Part shown: one piece after another, positions 38,601-47,302 of the stretch
How positions within the stretch are numbered: position 1 is the stretch's first letter
Layout: the number at the start of each line of letters is the position of its first letter
IMG/VR virus record: IMGVR_UViG_3300010352_001202
Reading direction: 5' to 3' (one strand)
DNA from: a virus
Taxonomy: Duplodnaviria > Caudoviricetes
Length of the DNA: 64,000 nt
The notes under the pieces: model-generated
Databases searched by the model: none
Seen by the model: only the letters and a program-made list of their open reading frames with translations
What the model was told of the DNA's origin: nothing
Program-made: the position numbers and the translations under genes

Positions 38601-38984
38601 ATGACAACTATAGCGAACATCGAAGCATTACCATCAAGTCCATTTCAAGGTTCCGGCCTAGTAGGGATTGTTATCACAAACGGTGTTCCCTGCTATTTCC
38701 GTCTAACAGGAACAGATCTAAACCGTATAGTATCAATAAACTGGTATCCTAAGAATCCAGCAAGCCTGGTGTTTCAGATGCGCCAGCTTATCCTTGTTGA
38801 TAACTCCGAAGGCACATTCATGGTTCAGGTAATGGATAATTACCTAGATACAAATGACCGCGGAGGAAGACTAAGCTTTCGCTTAGACGACGGAACAACA
38901 CTGTCCGCACCAGTAAAAACTTACGGGAGAGTATCGGTTGGCCCTATGTGGCAAGCACCCGATCAAGGCCTAATTACAGGATAA
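38601..38984 (+). CDS. beta-rich hypothetical protein (late)
   Basis: GATAAATA 4 nt before the ATG. Confidence 0.65.
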   Translation: MTTIANIEALPSSPFQGSGLVGIVITNGVPCYFRLTGTDLNRIVSINWYPKNPASLVFQMRQLILVDNSEGTFMVQVMDNYLDTNDRGGRLSFRLDDGTTLSAPVKTYGRVSVGPMWQAPDQGLITG

Positions 38985-38994
38985 GAAATGAAAG

Positions 38995-39303
38995 GTGAAA
39001 GAGGTTAGTGTAATATTGAGGAATCAATGGCTAATCACTATCGACGAATTTAGGGTTCTCGATAATTACGCTTATTCAGGAAAAATTTGGACATTAATAC
39101 ATCGTCCAGGCTATACGAACAGCACCTTGATAACTGAAAGGACTGTTGAGTATATATTTGATCCAGAAGCACTTACTTTCTTTGGAATAGTTTCTTCCAA
39201 TGTGTTGGCAACATGGGATACAAATTGCACAAGGAATCTCAAATCACATGAAGAATTCTGCATCAAAGATTCCCTGTTCATACGACCGTACTCTAAACAT
39301 TGA
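38995..39303 (+). CDS. hypothetical protein
   Basis: FDPEALTFF, weak match to the DAxxFKL family. Confidence 0.5.
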   Translation: MKEVSVILRNQWLITIDEFRVLDNYAYSGKIWTLIHRPGYTNSTLITERTVEYIFDPEALTFFGIVSSNVLATWDTNCTRNLKSHEEFCIKDSLFIRPYSKH

Positions 39304-39335
39304 CTTTGGTCAATATATTTGCTAAACTTATAATA

Positions 39336-40097
39336 ATGAAGTCTCTTCTGATAGCACTGAGTTTAGCAGTTTCGTTTCTGGCATTTGCTGGCCGAGGCCA
39401 TAAACCTGTGGTACCCGAATTTAGCGCGAAGAGTTATCTTGTTGCTAACGAGGACGGTACGGTGCTAAGGGAACAGGCCGGTAATATAGTTCGTCCTATT
39501 GCATCCATTAGTAAGCTAATGATAGGATTACTTGCTTCAGAGCAGGACCTAACTGAACAACTTCCAATTCCAAAAACACGAACAGTCCACAGCAGCATCC
39601 CTTACAAGATATCAACTCTTTCTAGGCACAATCTCCTAGAGCTTGCATTAATCCGGTCTGATAATTTTGCTGCACAGATATTATGTGCCAATCTTCCAAA
39701 TTGCGTTGAGCATATGAACAGCAAGGCAAAAGAGCTGGGTATGAATAATACATCCTTTGCTGAACCAACTGGCCTAGATAGCCGCAATGTAAGTACAGCA
39801 CAGGATTTATTGCAACTCATGTTGGTAGCATCTGCTAATAGCGTCATCTCCAGTATATCGAGTAAACCTAAAGCCGATATAGCTACACCTAAGAATACAG
39901 TCCATATCAACAATACAAACCCGCTAACTGCTAAACTTGACATTCTATTATCAAAAACTGGATTTACTAACCCGGCAGGTGGCTGCTTGGTAATGATACT
40001 AAATTCACCTGTCGGTAAAAGAATCCTTATCTTGCTCGGAAGTACGAATGCTCATACACGCATTCCCGACATGGAAAGGTTAGTCAAGGAACTGTGA
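39336..40097 (+). CDS. D-alanyl-D-alanine carboxy/endopeptidase (peptidase S11, PBP7-like)
   Basis: Signal peptide; SxxK (SISK), SxN (SDN) and KTG motifs; FAEPTGL. Confidence 0.9.
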   Translation: MKSLLIALSLAVSFLAFAGRGHKPVVPEFSAKSYLVANEDGTVLREQAGNIVRPIASISKLMIGLLASEQDLTEQLPIPKTRTVHSSIPYKISTLSRHNLLELALIRSDNFAAQILCANLPNCVEHMNSKAKELGMNNTSFAEPTGLDSRNVSTAQDLLQLMLVASANSVISSISSKPKADIATPKNTVHINNTNPLTAKLDILLSKTGFTNPAGGCLVMILNSPVGKRILILLGSTNAHTRIPDMERLVKEL

Positions 40098-40270
40098 TTC
40101 AGCTCAATGTAATATTGCCGTCCGATACAGAACTCGACGAAGATAGAGAGTTGGATGTTATCAATCACAGCAGGCACCAAGACTTCAACTACTACCTAGT
40201 AGAAACAACAGAAGAATATTTCACAATACTTACACTAAAATACGGAAAGGATAGCGTATGGCGTCGATAG
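40094..40270 (+). CDS. small protein, DAxxFKL family, not in ORF track
   Basis: GTGA overlap; ETTEEYFTILTLKYG. Confidence 0.6.
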   Translation: MIQLNVILPSDTELDEDRELDVINHSRHQDFNYYLVETTEEYFTILTLKYGKDSVWRR

Positions 40271-40704
40271 AACAAGATTTCAAATTTGCCCCATTATCTG
40301 CTGCTTATGGACAGTTTCTTGTCGAAGTACATTCAATGGACTCGCATGCGCTATTGGTTAATGTTACACATCACTATGGACTGACGGTTGTCGGTAGTGT
40401 AGTTATCTCTGTTACCACGACAGAAGATATTGCAATGTTGCTAAAACTTAGGTTCGGTACGGAATTAGTTAAAAGGCCGGAGCCTAAGCCAGAGCCAGAA
40501 CTTAAAATGAAGATTCTGAAGAATAGGAATTATGGAAGTTCCTCAAACAATAAAAAATATTACTACGATTACGAAAGTAGCTTCGATTCTTCATACATGA
40601 AACTGATAAAGGATGATTTGCTCAACAGACTTATAACTACCGACAGTTTAAAAGAAGAACTTAAATATTTAGACGAGTGGAAAGACCTCGACAAGTACGA
40701 GTAA
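40258..40704 (+). CDS. DAxxFKL family protein with C-terminal extension
   Basis: TTEDIAMLLKLRFG. Confidence 0.6.
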   Translation: MASIEQDFKFAPLSAAYGQFLVEVHSMDSHALLVNVTHHYGLTVVGSVVISVTTTEDIAMLLKLRFGTELVKRPEPKPEPELKMKILKNRNYGSSSNNKKYYYDYESSFDSSYMKLIKDDLLNRLITTDSLKEELKYLDEWKDLDKYE

Positions 40705-40742
40705 CCGGTTACTATATTCGCTGACCTGCAATATACTAAGAC

Positions 40743-40967
40743 ATGATCACCCTAATCTATCATATCAAGCCGGAAGATAAAGATGCCGAGCTCGAGTGGC
40801 TCAAGGAGCAGAAGATATTTCCGTCTACGGAAGTAGCATATAGATTCGACGATAAGGGTGAGCTTGTCAAACAACTAATGGTTGGCGCTATTGTATCGCC
40901 GGCGGCAGCACTTACCATCAAGCTTCGACACAATCTCGACATGCAGAAGGATTATAAGCAAAAATGA
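40743..40967 (+). CDS. small protein, DAxxFKL family
   Basis: VSPAAALTIKLRH. Confidence 0.65.
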   Translation: MITLIYHIKPEDKDAELEWLKEQKIFPSTEVAYRFDDKGELVKQLMVGAIVSPAAALTIKLRHNLDMQKDYKQK

Positions 40968-41194
40968 AGCTTATGTCCTACAATGTGATTTACGGTCTAA
41001 CCGAAAAGGCCAAAGAATGGCTGACTAACGAAGTCGGGGTTACAGTATTCAAGGTAGTGCCCGATCACCGTGGTATGAAAGATGCAGCAGGAGAACCGTT
41101 AGAAAACATTATCATCTTCCGTGTCGACGAAGAGCATGCTACCGCTATTCGTTTAAAGTATCCTAGGTATGTCTTTAAGGACCTTTCGGCATGA
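40964..41194 (+). CDS. small protein, DAxxFKL family
   Basis: VDEEHATAIRLKYP. Confidence 0.65.
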   Translation: MKLMSYNVIYGLTEKAKEWLTNEVGVTVFKVVPDHRGMKDAAGEPLENIIIFRVDEEHATAIRLKYPRYVFKDLSA

Positions 41195-41412
41195 AGAAAC
41201 ACCGATTTGCAATAGGTGTACTCGGTGCAGAAGCTATGTGGGACTTCGCTATGGTACATGAAATGAATATTCATAGCCTACCGCCCGAAGTTCCGAATAT
41301 AAGCGATCCCGGCGAGAAGCATCGGAAAACGCTTTATGTCTATGAAGCTATAGCAACTGACGAAACTTTCCTTGTGTTTAAGTTAACAGTGGATGGAGTA
41401 ATAGCACGATGA
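41191..41412 (+). CDS. small protein, DAxxFKL family
   Basis: ATDETFLVFKLT. Confidence 0.65.
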   Translation: MKKHRFAIGVLGAEAMWDFAMVHEMNIHSLPPEVPNISDPGEKHRKTLYVYEAIATDETFLVFKLTVDGVIAR

Positions 41413-41615
41413 GAGCTATTGTACACATGCTGGTAACAAAAGACACCGAATCACTGCTAATAGAAAAAATCCTAGAACTAGGATATACACCGCAGCATGT
41501 TTGGCGTGGAGAGCATTATCAAGTATACATGGCAGAGATGCCAAGGGAAGAATTTCTGATACTGAAGCTGTCTATACCGTTTATTGAAGTAGACGAAATC
41601 ATAAATCCATTATGA
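41409..41615 (+). CDS. small protein, DAxxFKL family
   Basis: MPREEFLILKLS. Confidence 0.65.
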   Translation: MRAIVHMLVTKDTESLLIEKILELGYTPQHVWRGEHYQVYMAEMPREEFLILKLSIPFIEVDEIINPL

Positions 41616-41857
41616 AGCAAAAATACTATGTAAGGGTGTCGCAATCGGATGCCAGGTCATTAGAAAGGTATATGGAGCTAAACGGATATGCCTTTAGACA
41701 CCTGTCAAATGACTTTGGACCTGGGCCCGGTACAAGCCTATATTCTGTGAAAATGGATTCAGTTGACGAGCTGTCTCTAAAGCTATCATTCCCTGTTACA
41801 GGTTGTATGAACTTCACCAAGACACTTGACCGCTTTGCAGCGCCTGTGCTAAAATAG
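41612..41857 (+). CDS. small protein, DAxxFKL family
   Basis: MDSVDELSLKLSFP. Confidence 0.65.
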   Translation: MKQKYYVRVSQSDARSLERYMELNGYAFRHLSNDFGPGPGTSLYSVKMDSVDELSLKLSFPVTGCMNFTKTLDRFAAPVLK

Positions 41858-41877
41858 TAAAACAAATAGGAACCAAC

Positions 41878-42225
41878 ATGACCATCGACTGGACCGAATA
41901 CACATTTACTTTCGAGCCGAAGGAAGAAGCCAATTTCCGTCGTATCCTGGATCGGCTCGAGCCCGAAGAATACAACATCATCGAAGATGTTCGCCCTGTG
42001 GATCACAAGGAAGGTACTGATCTCCGTTATGTCGATCGCCAAATGGTAATCGAGATGGATCCGGAAGCTGCACTTACCTTTCGCCTGGGCATGAAACATC
42101 TGAAGATCCGCCGCAAGCGCACGGAAGAAGAACTTGCAGAAGAGAAAGAAATCAATGATCGTCATACCATCAAGGTTACCGTGAAAGTTGATGGTATGCT
42201 TCCGCCGACCGGAACTACTCCGTGA
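41878..42225 (+). CDS. DAxxFKL family protein
   Basis: MDPEAALTFRLG; own promoter TTGACC..TAAAAT. Confidence 0.65.
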   Translation: MTIDWTEYTFTFEPKEEANFRRILDRLEPEEYNIIEDVRPVDHKEGTDLRYVDRQMVIEMDPEAALTFRLGMKHLKIRRKRTEEELAEEKEINDRHTIKVTVKVDGMLPPTGTTP

Positions 42226-42464
42226 AGTTCAGAATACTGACTGCCGACGAAAGGGCAGATATTAGGAGAGAAAAATTATCCTGCTGGCATAAGTGGTTTG
42301 CATGGCGCCCTATTAGACTTACTTCCGACGAGCACGAAGTCAGGTGGCTTGAAGTGGTGTACCGTAAAGGGCGCCTACGTGGAAGCGAGGAAGGCGATTT
42401 CTGGAAATGGAAGTACGCCGATAGCTCCCTGGATATCCTGAAGTTACACGTGGGCGACGAATGA
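42222..42464 (+). CDS. small Trp-rich protein (WFAWxP family)
   Basis: WHKWFAWRPI...WLEVV. Confidence 0.65.
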   Translation: MKFRILTADERADIRREKLSCWHKWFAWRPIRLTSDEHEVRWLEVVYRKGRLRGSEEGDFWKWKYADSSLDILKLHVGDE

Positions 42465-42772
42465 AACAATACTATACCCTGGTGCAGGCGTTCTCGCCTG
42501 AGAATGACAAGCACCTTGAGGACTTTCTTCGCGAACAGGGTATAGATTTCGATCTCGGTGCCGATATTGCCAGCGAACTCAAGGAGTTCGGATATAAAGA
42601 ACTTAGTGGAGCACACCCGATGGCTCTGCTAAAGAAATACACAGTGCTTATCGAAGAGCATGAGCTGTCAGCGATAATGTTATCAGTGGGCGGAGTTACA
42701 GTTATAAGAAACCGTCCTGCTGTAAATGCAAAAAATAAAGTAAGAGGAATGTTCAAGTGGATCTTGAACTAG
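42461..42772 (+). CDS. small protein, DAxxFKL family-like
   Basis: IEEHELSAIMLS. Confidence 0.6.
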   Translation: MKQYYTLVQAFSPENDKHLEDFLREQGIDFDLGADIASELKEFGYKELSGAHPMALLKKYTVLIEEHELSAIMLSVGGVTVIRNRPAVNAKNKVRGMFKWILN

Positions 42773-43062
42773 GTGTTTATTACAACATTATCGAACCATA
42801 CACCGAAGAATATAGGGATGTTGGTTCATACCTCTATAACCACGGAATAAGATACTCTCTTAGAATATCTACAGAACGGGACGGCATCCCGGATGCTAAC
42901 TGGATGGTCACAATGAAACCGCAGACCGTTGTGATCTATACAGCCAGGATGACAGAGGAAGATATGGTGGTGCTAAAACTAATATTTCCTCACATTGTCA
43001 TAAAGAAGCCCGTAATGAAAGAATCAATCCATGTAATGGTAAAAAGAATCTTACCGTCTTGA
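42757..43062 (+). CDS. small protein, DAxxFKL family
   Basis: MTEEDMVVLKLIFP. Confidence 0.6.
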   Translation: MDLELGVYYNIIEPYTEEYRDVGSYLYNHGIRYSLRISTERDGIPDANWMVTMKPQTVVIYTARMTEEDMVVLKLIFPHIVIKKPVMKESIHVMVKRILPS

Positions 43063-43322
43063 AACATTACATGATTATAGAAAGATACCCCGATGACAAT
43101 TCGGGTATCGAAACAATGCTAAAGGAAGGTGCAGTCCATGTCGGGACAATCATCTTTGATACGCATTCTTCCATGACAAAAGCAATGTATAGAAAATATA
43201 TCCTATCGTTAAGTGACGCTGATTTATTGGTATTCAAATTGCGGTACAACGGTATGGTTTCAGTTGAGCCACTTAGCTGTGACGAATATCATCATTATAA
43301 TAATCTCGGTTATATCAAGTAA
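43059..43322 (+). CDS. small protein, DAxxFKL family
   Basis: LSDADLLVFKLRY. Confidence 0.6.
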   Translation: MKHYMIIERYPDDNSGIETMLKEGAVHVGTIIFDTHSSMTKAMYRKYILSLSDADLLVFKLRYNGMVSVEPLSCDEYHHYNNLGYIK

Positions 43323-43336
43323 TCGATAAATAGAAG

Positions 43337-43789
43337 ATGAAACACATTATCCTAATGCTCGTTGTATTGATGTGTTTTGTCGCCAGTGCCTCACCCGTAA
43401 CCGACCAAGAACCCAATTGGCAACCTATTTACGGTTATAAGAACTCCTATAATAAAGTATACATAGATACAAATAGTCTTGAACGCACTCAAGACAGGGA
43501 CGGAGATTACGGCATTGGAATACTACTTATAGTTCCTAATCAGCCAGAAGTTGCGAAACGAAAAGGTAAGCCTGATGTAACCATACGGAGTATGGTAAGA
43601 CGATTAATGGTTGAATGTTCGGCAGGTGTAGGAACTCCATTGTACGACTTATACTTCGAAGTAGAAAAGCCGACAAATACCACAACTTCGATTACAGGTA
43701 AATCATACGACGATGTAATTGAAGATAACATATTCAAGCTTCCAAGAACAAATCCAATCTATCAAACCCTCTGTCCGATAACAGTCTGA
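43337..43789 (+). CDS. exported protein, surface-adhesin E-like
   Basis: Signal peptide; W..I, VYIDTNSL and two-Cys pattern; GATAAATA 4 nt upstream. Confidence 0.55.
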   Translation: MKHIILMLVVLMCFVASASPVTDQEPNWQPIYGYKNSYNKVYIDTNSLERTQDRDGDYGIGILLIVPNQPEVAKRKGKPDVTIRSMVRRLMVECSAGVGTPLYDLYFEVEKPTNTTTSITGKSYDDVIEDNIFKLPRTNPIYQTLCPITV

Positions 43790-43809
43790 TTTTCCTTTTT
43801 ACTTTTCAT

Positions 43810-43886
43810 TCTCAGATTACTATCTCAGATTTGGAAATTTGAATAGCAATCCTACACAGGAATCCTGCGGGAAAATCCTGCACAGA
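43810..43886. repeat. 13-bp-period short direct repeats
   Basis: TCTCAGATT at 43810 and 43823; AATCCT(A/G)C at 43848, 43861 and 43874. Confidence 0.6.
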
Positions 43887-43954
43887 TTTCCCGCCTATAG
43901 GCCTATGCACGCATGAACTCTTGACTTTCCAAAATGTCTCAGCTAAACTATTTT

Positions 43955-44488
43955 ATGGACGAACAAAATTACGAAAACTTGGCCAAACGCCATCCTGACC
44001 TATTCCAAAAAGCAGGATTAGAATACTTCTCAATCGGTAATGGTTGGATCGGTATTGTAGATACATTGTGTGGTTTTATTTCCTACGATGTAAACCAGGC
44101 TCGCTATAAGCTGAAGTATGCAATGGAACATCAGGGCGAAAAATATGCCATGACTATTCCCGAAGCCGAAGCTAATCTTGCAAAAGCATTGGAAGATCTT
44201 CCTACTATCCAAGATGTGAAGGAAAAGTTCGGGGGCCTGCGTTTCTATGTAAGTGGTGCAAGCGATAAGGTCTACAACTATATCGAATTTGCCGAAGCAT
44301 TGTCTCATCGCACCTGTGAAGAATGTGGTGCACCTGGAGAGCGTAGATCCGGCGGCTGGATAAAGACGCTATGCGATACGCACCATAAGTCACGCAAAGG
44401 CATCCTCGGCGATGTGGATGATTACGATGACGACGAACCGCTTACAGCGGCGCCTACCCAACTCGCTCCCAAAATTGCCGACGAGTAA
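43955..44488 (+). CDS. hypothetical phage protein with zinc ribbon
   Basis: VKEKFGGLRFY...TCEECG...TLCDTH; TTGACT-17-TAAACT 5 nt before the ATG. Confidence 0.75.
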   Translation: MDEQNYENLAKRHPDLFQKAGLEYFSIGNGWIGIVDTLCGFISYDVNQARYKLKYAMEHQGEKYAMTIPEAEANLAKALEDLPTIQDVKEKFGGLRFYVSGASDKVYNYIEFAEALSHRTCEECGAPGERRSGGWIKTLCDTHHKSRKGILGDVDDYDDDEPLTAAPTQLAPKIADE

Positions 44489-44564
44489 AGATTTCCATCC
44501 ATCCAAACCGAGAAAATCTTAGGAAACTTTTCGAAAGATTTTCATCGAAAATCAAAGAAATTTT

Positions 44565-44609
44565 GTTACAGTTCGTTACAGTTCTTACGAACTGTTACTT
44601 CCAGTTACA
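44565..44609. repeat. helically phased (G)TTAC repeats
   Basis: TTAC at 44566, 44576, 44585, 44595 and 44605; GTTACAGTTC twice. Confidence 0.65.
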
Positions 44610-44610
44610 T

Positions 44611-44997
44611 TTACTGACCTAGATATTCAATGGCACTTTTCAAGATTGAAACATCATCTTGAAGGTGTCCTAATCCACGATTACAGTTATCACAGAGAAG
44701 CCCGCGGACGCGACCTGTTTCGTGACAATGGTCGACAGTAAGTCTACGCGGTGTTCCGTAGGATGAAATAGCAGTTTCGGGTTTCTTGCATATTCCACAA
44801 ACATTATTGTGGCTTTCTAAAAGCTCTAGATAAGTTTCGTAATCTAATCCATAACGGGATTTCAAATCGGCCTTTAGTGCTCGAAGTCTATTTTTCTCAT
44901 CTGGTAGCTTTTTCAGCCCAAGCCTGGCTTCCTTCAGTGAATTGCTAATTTTTTCCTTGTGTTCCTGCGTTCGTGGTTGCCTTCTTTTATCTTCCAT
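44611..44997 (-). CDS. endonuclease VII-like HNH homing endonuclease
   Basis: RYGL, CGIC, VDHCHETGRVRGLLCDNCNRGLG. Confidence 0.9.
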   Translation of the reverse strand: MEDKRRQPRTQEHKEKISNSLKEARLGLKKLPDEKNRLRALKADLKSRYGLDYETYLELLESHNNVCGICKKPETAISSYGTPRRLTVDHCHETGRVRGLLCDNCNRGLGHLQDDVSILKSAIEYLGQ

Positions 44998-45220
44998 AAA
45001 ATTCCCGATATGTAGTTATTACTTATCTTCCTCCTGTTGCTGGCCCGCAACACATTGATCTTGGCCTTGGTCGGTCTTCACCCTGTAAGATCTTTGTTGC
45101 ATATAGGCGACAGCAAGGGCAATGGTCTTGGTAAAACTCTTTTTCGTTCAACCGATCGACATACTATATAGTCAGCCTGCGTCCAGTTAACAGCTATTGC
45201 AGGCCTGCTAAAATGTAGGC

Positions 45221-45532
45221 ATGTACAAACAAGTTGGTCCCTGGGTTATCGTCGACGGATATGCTGCTGCGCGGCATCTTGTCGGCGCAGATCCCGACGA
45301 TGTTCGTTCCCGTGTTGCACTCATCGAGAAGACCCCGCGTGTTCGCATCCGCCCTGCCTACCAACGCGAGAATCGCGGCACCTATGAAGACGGTGGCGAA
45401 TACATCAACTATCGTTGGGAAGAACACCTTGATTGGTGCTATGGCGACAAGGGCGACGATGCGTTTGACCAAGAATCCCGAGCATGGTGCGATGCCATGC
45501 TGAAACTGTTAGGTTACACACTGGAGAACTGA
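45221..45532 (+). CDS. hypothetical protein
   Basis: TGnTAAAAT 6 nt before the ATG. Confidence 0.7.
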   Translation: MYKQVGPWVIVDGYAAARHLVGADPDDVRSRVALIEKTPRVRIRPAYQRENRGTYEDGGEYINYRWEEHLDWCYGDKGDDAFDQESRAWCDAMLKLLGYTLEN

Positions 45533-45533
45533 C

Positions 45534-45698
45534 ATGCCCAATCCGCGCTATGCAAAAATCGACAACGACGAAATCGACGAAGACACCGAAGACTGGTACG
45601 ATGCCAACGGTAATCCGACACCCGGCGGCCTGTATGATGCAGGCGGCCACATGGACGGCGAACGGGCCGCGGACCGTGCCGACTATCTCCGCGAATGA
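45534..45698 (+). CDS. small acidic protein, not in ORF track
   Basis: GGAG SD; MPNPRYAKIDNDEIDED...; ATGA overlap. Confidence 0.6.
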   Translation: MPNPRYAKIDNDEIDEDTEDWYDANGNPTPGGLYDAGGHMDGERAADRADYLRE

Positions 45699-45952
45699 AC
45701 GAAGAAGTTATTGTCCCTGCATGGGACCCGATTGCCTACCTCAGCGGCCTGCACACCAGGCAGATCATGAATCTACGGGATGACTGCCACAAGTTTCAGC
45801 ACGATGCGGTCGACTTGTTGGAATATGCTCCCTACCACACCATTACGCTGGACCAAATCCGTGAGGTGTTGGCAACGCGAGAGCACATTCCCAACAAGGC
45901 TGAAGCAAAAGTAATCCGCCAGCAGAAAGCAAAGGCGAAGCGCAACCGCTAA
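45695..45952 (+). CDS. hypothetical protein
   Basis: VLATREHIPNKAE. Confidence 0.65.
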   Translation: MNEEVIVPAWDPIAYLSGLHTRQIMNLRDDCHKFQHDAVDLLEYAPYHTITLDQIREVLATREHIPNKAEAKVIRQQKAKAKRNR

Positions 45953-45990
45953 CCTGTTGCTGTTGCTGCCTGTCTACACTAAAATACAGC

Positions 45991-46317
45991 ATGACCACAG
46001 TACCTCCAAAATACGATTCAAGCTGGTATCCTATTCCAGCAGGATATAAACAGTGTCCTGTCTGTGAAGGCACCGGTGTTGTTCCGCTTGACGAGAAGGA
46101 ACTTACCTATAGCTGGAACAAGGGAGCCACTCACCGGGCATGCTGCAACTGTGGTGGCCAGACAATGAGTGGCCGTGCGCTGGGCTACACGAAGATCGAC
46201 CCAGGGACAGATCTTGGGTGCAAACACACATTCGTCGGTAGAAATGCGGGCCGGTGTTACACAATCTACACCTGCACCAAGTGCGGCACGCATTACGACA
46301 TCGACAGCGGAGATTGA
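45991..46317 (+). CDS. zinc-finger protein (DnaJ-like CxxCxGxG)
   Basis: CPVCEGTG, CCNCGG, CTKCG..YDIDSGD. Confidence 0.7.
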   Translation: MTTVPPKYDSSWYPIPAGYKQCPVCEGTGVVPLDEKELTYSWNKGATHRACCNCGGQTMSGRALGYTKIDPGTDLGCKHTFVGRNAGRCYTIYTCTKCGTHYDIDSGD

Positions 46318-46318
46318 T

Positions 46319-46519
46319 TTGACAACACAAGAAATCACAAAACCCGTTTGTTACATCAAGTGGGACGATAACGGCGGCCGGTATTCAATACCGGAGGCAG
46401 AAGTGGATGCGTTCACTTACGCGGTTGAATCTATCCAAAATGCCGAATGGGATTCTAACGAACGAGATCTGCTCATTGACGATTTAGAGCAACGCTTCGG
46501 GCACTATAGAAAGAACTGA
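46319..46519 (+). CDS. hypothetical protein
   Basis: TTG start after GGAG. Confidence 0.5.
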   Translation: MTTQEITKPVCYIKWDDNGGRYSIPEAEVDAFTYAVESIQNAEWDSNERDLLIDDLEQRFGHYRKN

Positions 46520-46520
46520 A

Positions 46521-46730
46521 ATGAAGATGCAACCCGGTGATTACCAAATCTACGGCGTGGGTTCGGACTATATTTGGGTGGTTTCTGGCCTTCTAACCTA
46601 CAGTATGGAATGGCCAGACAGAATCGTCAATCGCGGGAAAACCTACAAGTTCGGTTCAAACGAGCCAATGGACGAGTGGATGATTGGCGTCTGGGGCGGC
46701 CATGCAAAGTACATCGAGGTGAAAGAATGA
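46521..46730 (+). CDS. hypothetical protein
   Basis: Packed ORF. Confidence 0.55.
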   Translation: MKMQPGDYQIYGVGSDYIWVVSGLLTYSMEWPDRIVNRGKTYKFGSNEPMDEWMIGVWGGHAKYIEVKE

Positions 46731-47020
46731 AAGATCGTGATCTGGTTGTCTCTGTTGTCAAGATCATTCAACTGCGGGTCGAGTGGATAGGTGTTGATGG
46801 TAGGGTACAAGGATACAACAAGAAGTTTCAGAAGCCTGGTATCGCTGCCGACCATTGGGCGCGCGATAAGATTCGACGGTGGGAAGATAAGACATTCAGC
46901 CAACCCGGTGCTGGACCTGCCTATCACACCATGTCTGCGGCTGATCACAAAGAAAGCCGACGCCGTTTCGAGATTCTGAAGCGCCGTGCTACCCGTGTGT
47001 TCAAACGGATGATCGCCTAA
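46727..47020 (+). CDS. hypothetical protein
   Basis: GAGG SD; ATGA overlap. Confidence 0.6.
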   Translation: MKDRDLVVSVVKIIQLRVEWIGVDGRVQGYNKKFQKPGIAADHWARDKIRRWEDKTFSQPGAGPAYHTMSAADHKESRRRFEILKRRATRVFKRMIA

Positions 47021-47076
47021 TAAATAGTTGACAGCAGGCGCTTGCCCTGCTACAATATACACAACAAGGAGATACC

Positions 47077-47184
47077 GTGGAAAAACTTCAAGTCGTCTTG
47101 CTTCAAATGTTCGGCGCAGTGATCTGCAACCCCGAATGGTGGTTTGTCCAGTACGCACCGGTCTTCCTGTCAGCCTTCCACTAA
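47077..47184 (+). CDS. 35-aa hydrophobic peptide
   Basis: TTGACA..TACAAT promoter, AAGGAG SD, GTG start. Confidence 0.5.
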   Translation: MEKLQVVLLQMFGAVICNPEWWFVQYAPVFLSAFH

Positions 47185-47188
47185 CAAC

Positions 47189-47263
47189 CTGGCGTTAGTA
47201 TAACGGACAATACAGCGGCCTTCTAAGCCGTCAATAGAGGTTCGATTCCTCTACGCCGGACCA
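47189..47263 (+). tRNA. tRNA-Arg(UCU)
   Basis: Acceptor CTGGCGT/ACGCCGG, anticodon loop CTTCTAA, GTTCGATT T-loop, encoded CCA. Confidence 0.93.
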
Positions 47264-47273
47264 TACGAATAGA

Positions 47274-47302
47274 GATAAGTAATCTAACCGAGGAGGTTAG
47301 AT
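47274..47302 (+). promoter_or_regulatory. late-type box plus RBS-sequestering hairpin
   Basis: GATAAGTA, then ATCTAACC-GAGGA-GGTTAGAT covering the SD and start codon. Confidence 0.7.

Noticed and set aside
45020-45165. Short minus-strand frames in the gap before the EndoVII-like gene
   Set aside because: One has an early TGA and the other only a TTG start without an RBS; insufficient support.
47264-47300. HDV-like (theta) ribozyme after tRNA 3' ends
   Set aside because: Trailers of all three tRNAs are short and run into genes; no nested pseudoknot is visible.
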